The translations under genes and the position numbers were made by a program. Below are positions 24,601 to 32,514 of a DNA stretch of 64,000 nucleotides, in pieces (within the stretch, counting starts at the first letter, position 1; the number at the start of each line of letters is the position of its first letter). Origin of the DNA: Macrostomum lignano (lineage: Eukaryota); the NCBI GenBank assembly GCA_002269645.1, contig NIVC01000385.1, positions 496,001-560,000 on the forward strand, read 5' to 3'. A model generated the notes under the pieces. It ran no database searches, was not told where the DNA came from, and worked only from the letters and a program-made list of their open reading frames with translations.

Positions 24601-25031
24601 TTGCTTCTAGTAGCGCCGGAACCGGCACTAGCAGTACTAGAAGCAGCAGCGAAAGCAGAAATCAGAAATTGCAACAGGAACAACAGCAACCGCCTCCACT
24701 GCCGCCACATAAAGTTCGAATGGGTCTCCGATCTGTACAGCATCCGCATCATCAACCCCAGCAGCAGCAGCAGCAGCAATTGGCCAACTCTGAACTGCTT
24801 GAGCTTCAACGCGAATTGAACGAGACCCGTCGTCAGCTGGAAGCCACGGAAGCTCGTCTGCGCTCCAACGAGCGCGAGAAACTCCAGATGATGGACGAAT
24901 TCCGTCGCGGCGCCGAGGAACGCCAGCGCCGAGAGTTGGAGAACAGCAAACAGTTAGCTGAGATTATGGAACGCCTGCGGCTGTTGGAGAATGAAGCTAA
25001 GGCTAGCGGAGCTGTTGGTAGACCGGTTTGA
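497..25031 (+). CDS. SynGAP/DAB2IP/RASAL2-family Ras GTPase-activating protein (PH-C2-RasGAP-coiled coil), multi-exon, 5' end outside the window
   Basis: Frame-consistent GT-AG exon chain: 497-660, 1420-1721, 2558-2842, (5378/5422-5721), 13462-13722, 17945-18046, 19263-19367, 20627-21516, 22417-22910, 24111-25031. Family motifs: [20 protein letters not shown] (VRPVHQS...[14 protein letters not shown]), C2 ([39 protein letters not shown]), GAP (arginine finger [46 protein letters not shown]), C-terminal coiled coil. Confidence 0.95.
799..1312 (+). repeat. 25-27-bp minisatellite (GAGTGAACCTCAACCACCAAAACTTGA)
   Basis: Tandem units; reverse complement of the 1762-2509 array. Confidence 0.9.
1420..1721 (+). 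CDS. RasGAP exon with SIKRTRS motif (phase 0 to 2)
   Basis: ctcgcag|agt acceptor, ga|gtacgt donor; [18 protein letters not shown] resembles the SIKRTKSQPKLD motif of SynGAP/DAB2IP. Confidence 0.85.
1762..2509 (-). repeat. 22-25-bp minisatellite (GGGTTGGTTGAGGTTCACTGAG on +), inverted relative to 799-1312
   Basis: Tandem units; core GGTTGAGGTTCAC is the reverse complement of GTGAACCTCAACC. Confidence 0.9.
2558..2842 (+). CDS. RasGAP low-complexity exon (phase 2 to 2)
   Basis: ttgcgcag|c acceptor, gg|gtgagt donor; polyQ/polyG content; phases match neighbouring exons. Confidence 0.8.
2880..3212. mobile_element. hAT/Charlie-like MITE
   Basis: Perfect 16-bp inverted repeat GGGCAAACTCCGGCCC (2889-2904 vs 3191-3206); a roughly 28-bp subterminal inverted repeat (GTCCTTTGAAACTTCACAATAGCAAT); CT-rich core. 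No TSD found. Confidence 0.65.
4575..4840 (-). mobile_element. tRNA-derived SINE, copy 1 (decayed head)
   Basis: B-box GGTTCGATTC on the minus strand; central TTGTGTCCTTGAGCAAGACACTTAACTC...GCTGTAAAATGGGTGCCAGC (CORE/Meta-like domain); homologous to copies at 32799 and 39768. Confidence 0.8.
5378..5721 (+). CDS. Candidate RasGAP cassette exon (acceptor at 5421) or alternative first exon (ATG 5378)
   Basis: Open frame 5378-5725 ending at actg|gtgagc, a phase-2 donor compatible with the 13462 exon. Confidence 0.55.
5767..11412 (+). repeat. 18-bp minisatellite (GAGTGTCAGTGAAGTGGG), about 5.6 kb, with a 1.8-kb higher-order repeat
   Basis: Period 18; diagnostic interruptions recur at 1804 and 1858 bp spacing. 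Confidence 0.97.
12116..12216 (+). CDS. Candidate alternative first coding exon of RasGAP ([34 protein letters not shown])
   Basis: ATG at 12116, 33 codons plus GT, then a consensus donor gtaagt at 12217; phase 2 fits the 13462 acceptor. Confidence 0.5.
12310..13204 (+). repeat. 34-bp minisatellite (CACTGAAGCTGAACCTACCTGTCTGAATAGTAGG)
   Basis: Period 34. Confidence 0.95.
13462..13722 (+). CDS. RasGAP PH-domain exon
   Basis: cctatcag|g acceptor, gg|gtaaga donor; SHESLL and PH motifs. Confidence 0.92.
13855..14045 (+). repeat. Degenerate repeat rich in CATAGCAACC/TAGTAAC
   Basis: Recurrent tagcaacc/tagtaacc/tagaaacc motifs. Confidence 0.6.
15340..16280 (+). repeat. 22-bp minisatellite (GGGGGTAGAACAGACATTAGCA)
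   Basis: Period 22. Confidence 0.95.
16754..17297 (+). repeat. 24-bp purine-rich minisatellite (GGGATGAGGGAGAGTGGTAGATAG)
   Basis: Period 24. Confidence 0.93.
17945..18046 (+). CDS. RasGAP PH/C2 junction exon
   Basis: ccgcag|t acceptor, ag|gtaata donor; [34 protein letters not shown]. Confidence 0.92.
18290..19166 (+). repeat. 55-bp minisatellite with an internal TTGGGA-N6-TCCCAA inverted repeat
   Basis: Period 55, with some shorter deletion units. Confidence 0.93.
19263..19367 (+). CDS. RasGAP C2-domain exon
   Basis: ccgcag|a acceptor, ag|gtgagt donor; [34 protein letters not shown]. Confidence 0.93.
19990..20530 (+). repeat. 23-bp minisatellite (CCCCTTGAGAATCGTCCCTTAAT)
   Basis: Period 23, decaying toward the 3' end. 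Confidence 0.9.
20627..21516 (+). CDS. RasGAP C2/GAP-domain exon
   Basis: ctgcag|c acceptor, g|gtgagc donor; FRGN arginine finger, [16 protein letters not shown]. Confidence 0.95.
21618..21930 (+). repeat. Degenerate telomere-like (CCCTAA/CCTAAA) tract
   Basis: Recurrent aaccctaa/aacctaa motifs in a RasGAP intron. Confidence 0.75.
22417..22910 (+). CDS. RasGAP GAP C-terminal exon
   Basis: tttccag|gc acceptor, cag|gttagt donor; [18 protein letters not shown]. Confidence 0.92.
23028..23925 (+). repeat. 25-bp minisatellite (GCGCCAAAATGAGTGCCTGTCTGCG)
   Basis: Period 25. Confidence 0.95.
24111..25031 (+). CDS. RasGAP last coding exon (low complexity plus coiled coil)
   Basis: atttag|gaa phase-0 acceptor; open to TGA at 25029-25031; polyQ tracts and a heptad-like [17 protein letters not shown] segment. 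Confidence 0.85.
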   Translation, partial: ETAASTDRDSRPLSGASAVVGHSQIQEDWRRVLDEAAASAAATVASASAAVAAVSGVSSSAGSSSGYQSGRLRKPQQQQQQQQQKQQQKQTQPDPLNWSNDSRHSPLQFHNPSYQKPASALVLPAPAQQQQQQASVDSAAFRRDANNDEDEESSDSDPSSSEVVASSSAGTGTSSTRSSSESRNQKLQQEQQQPPPLPPHKVRMGLRSVQHPHHQPQQQQQQQLANSELLELQRELNETRRQLEATEARLRSNEREKLQMMDEFRRGAEERQRRELENSKQLAEIMERLRLLENEAKASGAVGRPV

Positions 25032-25144
25032 TGTATTGCAGACTTATTGTAGATATTGATATTGACTTTTAATGGTTTACTAAATTAGGCTTTAGGCAAT
25101 CAGAATGAAAGCTCTATGAAGTCGGGAGCTTATATGTTTGTGTG

Positions 25145-26160
25145 CAGGGTTGCTTATGTCTATGGTAAAGTCTTTTCTATGTGTAGCGTGCAGGATTGGT
25201 TGTGTCTATGGTAAAATCTGCTCTATGTGTAGCGTGCAGGATTGGTTGTGTCTATGGTAAAATCTGCTCTATGTGTAGCGTGCAGGATTGGTTGTGTCTA
25301 TGGTAAAATCTGCTCTATGTGTAGCGTGCAGGATTGGTTGTGTCTATGGTAAAATCTGCTCTATGTGTAGCGTGCAGGATTGGTTGTGTCTATGGTAAAA
25401 TCTGCTCTATGTGTAGCGTGCAGGATTGGTTGTGTCTATGGTAAAATCTGCTCTATGTGTAGCGTGCAGGATTGGTTGTGTCTATGGTAAAATCTGCTCT
25501 ATGTGTAGCGTGCAGGATTGGTTGTGTCTATGGTAAAATCTGCTCTATGTGTAGCGTGCAGGATTGGTTGTGTCTATGGTAAAATCTGCTCTATGTGTAG
25601 CGTGCAGGATTGGTTGTGTCTGTGGTAAAATCTGCTCTATGTGTAGCGTACAGGATTGGTTATGTCTGTGGTAAAATCTCCTCTATGTGTAGCGTGCAGG
25701 ATTGGTTATGTCTATGGTAAAATCTCTTCTATGTGTAGCGTGCAGGATTGGTTATGTCTGTGGTAAAATCTGCTCTGTTTATCGTGCAGGATTGGTTATG
25801 TCTATGGTAAAATCTTTTTCTATGTGTAGCGTGCAGGATAGGTTATGTCTATGGTAAAATCTGCTCTATGTGTAGCGTGCAGAATTGCGGTTATGTCTAT
25901 GGTAAAATCTGCTCTATATGTAGCGTGCAGGATTGCGGTTATGTCTATGGTAAAATCTGCTCTATGTGTAGCGTGCAGGATTGGTTATGTCTATGGTAAA
26001 ATCTCTTCTATGTGTAGCGTGCAGGATTGGTTATGTCTATGGTAAAATCTCTTCTATGTGTAGCGTGCAGGATTGGTTATGTCTATGGTAAAATCTGCTC
26101 TATGTGTAGCGTGCAGGATTGGTTATGTCTATGGTGAAATCTGCTCTGTTTATCGTGCAG
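25145..26160 (+). repeat. 46-bp minisatellite downstream of the RasGAP stop codon
   Basis: Period 46 (ATGGTAAAATCTGCTCTATGTGTAGCGTGCAGGATTGGTTGTGTCT). Confidence 0.95.
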
Positions 26161-26971
26161 GACCAGAGCATACAGCTTGATTGTCTAAAAGTCTAATTTA
26201 GTGTCAAAAAGTGCAATTGAGTATAAGTCGCTGAGGAACCACATCATTCCTTGTATATTCGATAGCAAGAAAGTGCGTTGTGTACCTTTGAAATCCACTG
26301 CCCAAAATTTGCTTTCTTGTTTCCGTAATATTTAACAGTTTGCTCTTGTATTTTTGTTTTGTTAACAAAAAAATTATTTTTAGTTCATAATTTTATCCTT
26401 CTATAAAAATATGGTCTTGTGATAATTAGTTGGATCTTATAATGTACTTAAATTAAATTTGCGCTAATCTTGCACTGAACTCCTACCGTACTGGGAAATT
26501 TAATTTGATATTTTATTTTTTTTATCGATTTTATCGAACACGGCAAAAAATGGTTAGCTGCAATGTACTTTAGGTGCCTCGCATCGCTTTCACCGCACTG
26601 TATTATAAGCTCTACCTTTTTGTCCGTGTCATATGCTAGTGTAATTTTGCATATAACTAACTACAGTATTGGCTTCATTTTTATAACATAGTTGACGCTA
26701 GCTCACTTAATTAATGAGTACTTACGTCACCGACCTTGTTAAGTCCTATATGTCGTTTCTTTCGATGTATTTATATTTTTATATTTACTTTGTTTTGCTA
26801 TTTAACTCTGTAAGCGTGCAGTAATCATCTGCTAATATATGACAGTAATTAAGCTGTACATGGGTTTCACTATAATGCCAGAATCTCATATTTCCATATT
26901 TCAAGCCCCTAAAGTTCAGTCTGCAAATTTTAGGGAATCAGTCAATTGGCTAAGGTTTAATTAGATATTTT

Positions 26972-27410
26972 AGAGGGCGCCATATTGAAATCTAAGAGGG
27001 CGCCAAATTGGAATCTAAGAGGGCGCCAAATTGGAATCTAAGAGCGCGCCAAATTAGAATCTAAGAGGGCACTAAATTTGGATACTAGAGGGCGCCAAAT
27101 TAAAATCTAAGAGGGCACTAAATTTGGATATTGGAGGGCGCCAAATTAGAATCTAAGAGGGCACTAAATTTGGATATTAGAGGGCGCCAAATTAGAATCT
27201 AAGAGGGCACTAAATTTGGATATTAGAGGGCGCCAAATTAGAATCTAAGAGGGCGCCAAATTGGAATTTAAGAGGGCGCCATATTAAAATCTAAGAGGGC
27301 GCCAAATTGGAATCTAAGAGGGCCCTAAATTAAAATCTAAAGAGCGCCAAATTAGAGTCTAAGAGGGTGCCAGATTAAAGTCTAAGAGGGCCCTAAATTA
27401 GAGTCTAATC
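26972..27410 (+). repeat. 23-bp minisatellite (GAGGGCGCCAAATTAGAATCTAA)
   Basis: Period 23. Confidence 0.9.
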
Positions 27411-27746
27411 GGGCTTCAAATTACTCGTAGGAATTTTATCATATTTTTGTTTATTACTCGCAAACCAAGTGGGCAATCTCAGTCCATGTGATTTTCATTC
27501 GTGTGTTTTTGTTTATGTATTTTGTAATTCACTGTTTGTAAAACTTTTCATCTGTAAAGTAATCTGGTTGATTACGTTGTCACTAATTCCGCACATCAGT
27601 ATAATTATTATCGATGATACTTAATTATGATTTTTATATTTGAGAGTGTCGTAAATAAAATTATCCTGCGCTGGCCTGTACAAAGACGGGTCTTGATCAT
27701 GCTGCTATGTCGAAAATAGTTGTTTGTGGTTTACGAGCTAAACGTT

Positions 27747-30700
27747 TTACAGGCCATTCTCAATATAGTTTAACAGTTTAGCAGGCCATTCTCAATGTAG
27801 TTTAACAGTTTAGCAGGCCATTCTCAATGTAGTTTAACAGTTTAGCATCCCATTCTCAATGTAGTTGAACAGTTTAGCAGGCCATTCTCAATGTAGTTTA
27901 ACAGTTTAGCATGCCATTCTCAATGTAGTTTAACAGTTTAGCATGCCATTCTCAATGTAGTTTAACAGTTTAGCATCCCATTCTCAATGTAGTTTAACAG
28001 TTTAGCATCCCATTCTCAATGTAGTTTAACAGTTTAGCAGGCCATTCTCAATGTAGTTTAACAGTTTAGCAGGCCATTCTCAATGTAGTTGAACAGTTTA
28101 GCAGGCCATTCTCAATGTAGTTGAACAGTTTAGCAGGCCATTCTCAATGTAGTTTAACAGTTTAGCATGCCATTCTCAATGTAGTTTAACAGTTTAGCAG
28201 GCCATTCTCAATGTAGTTGAACAGTTTAGCAGGCCATTCTCAATGTAGTTTAACAGTTTAGCAGGCCATTCTCAATGTAGTTTAACAGTTTAGCATCCCA
28301 TTCTCAATGTAGTTTAACAGTTTAGCAGGCCATTCTCAATGTAGTTTAACAGTTTAGCAGGCCATTCTCAATGTAGTTTAACAGTTTAGCAGGCCATTCT
28401 CTATGTAGTTTAACAGTTTAGCATGCCATTCTCAATGTAGTTTAACAGTTTAGCATCCCATTCTCAATGTAGTTTAACAGTTTAGCAGGCCATTCTCAAT
28501 GTAGTTTAACAGTTTAGCATGCCATTCTCAATATAGTTTAACAGTTTAGCAGGCCATTCTCAATGTAGTTTAACAGTTTAGCAGGCCATTCTCAATGTAG
28601 TTTAACAGTTTAGCATCCCATTCTCAATGTAGTTTAACAGTTTAGCAGGCCATTCTCAATGTAGTTTAACAGTTTAGCAGGCCATTCTCAATGTAGTTTA
28701 ACAGTTTAGCAGGCCATTCTCAATGTAGTTTAACAGTTTAGCATGCCATTCTCAATGTAGTTTAACAGTTTAGCAGGCCATTCTCAATGTAGTTTAACAG
28801 TTTAGCAGGCCATTCTCAATGTAGTTTAACAGTTTAGCAGGCCATTCTCAATGTAGTTTAACAGTTTAGCATCCCATTCTCAATGTAGTTTAACAGTTTA
28901 GCAGGCCATTCTCAATGTAGTTTAACAGTTTAGCAGGCCATTCTCAATGTAGTTTAACAGTTTAGCAGGCCATTCTCAATGTAGTTTAACAGTTTAGCAT
29001 CCCATTCTCAATGTAGTTTAACAGTTTAGCAGGCCATTCTCAATGTAGTTTAACAGTTTAGCAGGCCATTCTCAATGTAGTTTAACAGTTTAGCATCCCA
29101 TTCTCAATGTAGTTTAACAGTTTAGCATCCCATTCTCAATGTAGTTTAACAGTTTAGCAGGCCATTCTCAATGTAGTTTAACAGTTTAGCAGGCCATTCT
29201 CAATGTAGTTTAACAGTTTAGCAGGCCATTCTCAATGTAGTTTAACAGTTTAGCAGGCCATTCTCAATGTAGTTTAACAGTTTAGCAGGCCATTCTCAAT
29301 GTAGTTTAACAGTTTAGCAGGCCATTCTCAATGTAGTTTAACAGTTTAGCATCCCATTCTCAATGTAGTTTAACAGTTTAGCAGGCCATTCTCAATGTAG
29401 TTTAACAGTTTAGCAGGCCATTCTCAATGTAGTTTAACAGTTTAGCAGGCCATTCTCAATGTAGTTTAACAGTTTAGCATCCCATTCTCAATGTAGTTTA
29501 ACAGTTTAGCAGGCCATTCTCAATGTAGTTTAACAGTTTAGCAGGCCATTCTCAATGTAGTTTAACAGTTTAGCAGGCCATTCTCAATGTAGTTTAACAG
29601 TTTAGCAGGCCATTCTCAATGTAGTTTAACAGTTTAGCATCCCATTCTCAATGTAGTTTAACAGTTTAGCATCCCATTCTCAATGTAGTTTAACAGTTTA
29701 GCAGGCCATTCTCAATGTAGTTTAACAGTTTAGCAGGCCATTCTCAATGTAGTTTAACAGTTTAGCAGGCCATTCTCAATGTAGTTTAACAGTTTAGCAG
29801 GCCATTCTCAATGTAGTTTAACAGTTTAGCATCCCATTCTCAATGTAGTTTAACAGTTTAGCAGGCCATTCTCAATGTAGTTTAACAGTTTAGCAGGCCA
29901 TTCTCAATGTAGTTTAACAGTTTAGCATCCCATTCTCAATGTAGTTTAACAGTTTAGCATCCCATTCTCAATGTAGTTTAACAGTTTAGCAGGCCATTCT
30001 CAATGTAGTTTAACAGTTTAGCAGGCCATTCTCAATGTAGTTTAACAGTTTAGCAGGCCATTCTCAATGTAGTTTAACAGTTTAGCAGGCCATTCTCAAT
30101 GTAGTTTAACAGTTTAGCATCCCATTCTCAATGTAGTTTAACAGTTTAGCAGGCCATTCTCAATGTAGTTTAACAGTTTAGCAGGCCATTCTCAATGTAG
30201 TTTAACAGTTTAGCATGCCATTCTCAATATCGTTTAACAGTTTAGCAGGCCATTCTCAATGTAGTTTAACAGTTTAGCAGGCCATTCTCAATGTAGTTTA
30301 ACAGTTTAGCATCCCATTCTCAATGTAGTTTAACAGTTTAGCAGGCCATTCTCAATGTAGTTTAACAGTTTAGCAGGCCATTCTCAATGTAGTTTAACAG
30401 TTTAGCATCCCATTCTCAATGTAGTTTAACAGTTTAGCAGGCCATTCTCAATGTAGTTTAACAGTTTAGCAGGCCATTCTCAATGTAGTTTAACAGTTTA
30501 GCATGCCATTCTCAATATAGTTTAACAGTTTAGCAGGCCATTCTTAATGTAGTTTAACAGTTTAGCATCCCATTCTCAATGTAGTTTAACAGTTTAGCAG
30601 GCCATTCTCAATGTAGTTTAACAGTTTAGCAGGCCATTCTCAATGTAGTTTAACAGTTTAGCAGGCCATTCTCAATGTAGTTTAACAGTTTAGCAGGCCA

Positions 30701-31283
30701 TTCTCAATGTAGTTTAACAGTTTAGCATGCCATTCTCAATATCGTTTAACAGTTTAGCAGGCCATTCTCAATGTAGTTTAACAGTTTAGCAGGCCATTCT
30801 CAATGTAGTTTAACAGTTTAGCATCCCATTCTCAATGTAGTTTAACAGTTTAGCAGGCCATTCTCAATGTAGTTTAACAGTTTAGCAGGCCATTCTCAAT
30901 GTAGTTTAACAGTTTAGCATCCCATTCTCAATGTAGTTTAACAGTTTAGCAGGCCATTCTCAATGTAGTTTAACAGTTTAGCAGGCCATTCTCAATGTAG
31001 TTTAACAGTTTAGCATGCCATTCTCAATATAGTTTAACAGTTTAGCAGGCCATTCTTAATGTAGTTTAACAGTTTAGCATCCCATTCTCAATGTAGTTTA
31101 ACAGTTTAGCAGGCCATTCTCAATGTAGTTTAACAGTTTAGCAGGCCATTCTCAATGTAGTTTAACAGTTTAGCAGGCCATTCTCAATGTAGTTTAACAG
31201 TTTAGCAGGCCATTCTCTATGTAGTTTAACAGTTTAGCATGCCATTCTCAATGTAGTTTAACAGTTTAGCAGGCCATTCTCAA
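27747..31283 (+). repeat. 32-bp satellite, about 3.5 kb (GCAGGCCATTCTCAATGTAGTTTAACAGTTTA), between the convergent RasGAP and CFAP20 genes
   Basis: Period 32, highly homogeneous; rare variants recur at 512-bp spacing. Confidence 0.97.
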
Positions 31284-32514
31284 TAATCAAAATGAGTCAA
31301 AAGGAATCCGCAAGCTGAAATGAAGTTAAAGCAAACAAAAATAGAATTTATTGATATTATCGAGCACAACTGAAAACTTTAGTGTTAGCAGTCGATGTTA
31401 TAATTTATTATCAAATTAAATAATTTCGTTACCAAATTTTTATTTTTTGATTTGTTAAAAGCCCACAGCTGCCATTTCGATTTTTAAAGAAGACTTTAAC
31501 TATAGCAATTATTTAAAAATTCGTATGTAGATTTTAATCATTTGAAAACTGGTAAATTTCAGCATTTAAAACAAATTAATAAAATTGTTCGCCTCGGCTA
31601 AAAGAGATATTTTTATAACTGAGTGCCAAAAGACTGGAATGTTGGAAAAAGGACATATTTAGGTTTATGTATAGATTCTCTAGATCCACTTTATAGCAAC
31701 CAAGTTTTTTACTCCATAGGCAATAAATACTAAGCATATTAATTACATTTACTATAATTAGGACTATTTATTACTAATAAAACTTTAAATATAGCTTGAA
31801 TTGAGGACAGCTGAAACAGAAAGACGCCACACTCGAGTTTCTTAGAAATGAGCTGGAGTTTGTTAAGGAGCGCATATTGGTCGTATCGCTGGTGCATTTA
31901 CTATGCTCTCGAAAACGCATAAGCCCTGAATGGTAGATTTATCTCTAGGTTTCGAGTGCGTAAATAGTCTTTCCATACTCGTGCCATAGACTATTTACGC
32001 ACGAAGGAACCTAGTGATAGATTCATTGATCTATGAGCAAAGCATTCTTCTGGTTTTAGCCATAGACAGATAGATAACGCGACTGTGCAGTAAATCCCAA
32101 GCCGTGCAGTAAATCCATTTAAGCATGCTTGGCCATATGTCAATGTGGTTTAGCCATAGACAAATTCTGTCCATAAGGAATGACGGTACGACAAATATAC
32201 GCCACGTTCATTACCGAATTTTCTAAGAAAATCGATCGCAGCGTCCTTCTTCAGTTGTCTGTCTTGAACTGACTACTATATTGTCTATGGCAACTAATAT
32301 GCTACCCCTTGATTGAATTGATGTTGAATTGCTGCCAATGGTAATTAATAAAGACCAATGCAATGCAGCTTTAACGAACTTTTTCTCAAATTGATTTTCT
32401 CTGCGGTTGCGATAATAACTCTCATCACACAAGTACAGGTATAATAGTTACAGGTATACAGCAGGTACATGTACGGCTAAAACAGCTTTATGATAATTTT
32501 GAGTTCACTGCCGC

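Noticed and set aside
26161-26196. Alternative RasGAP C-terminal coding exon after the 46-bp array
   Set aside because: It would need weak donors inside the last coding exon, and the short peptides produced show no family similarity.
18290-31283. CRISPR-like appearance of the 55-, 46- and 32-bp arrays
   Set aside because: Units are contiguous with no unique spacers, there are no cas genes, and the context is eukaryotic.
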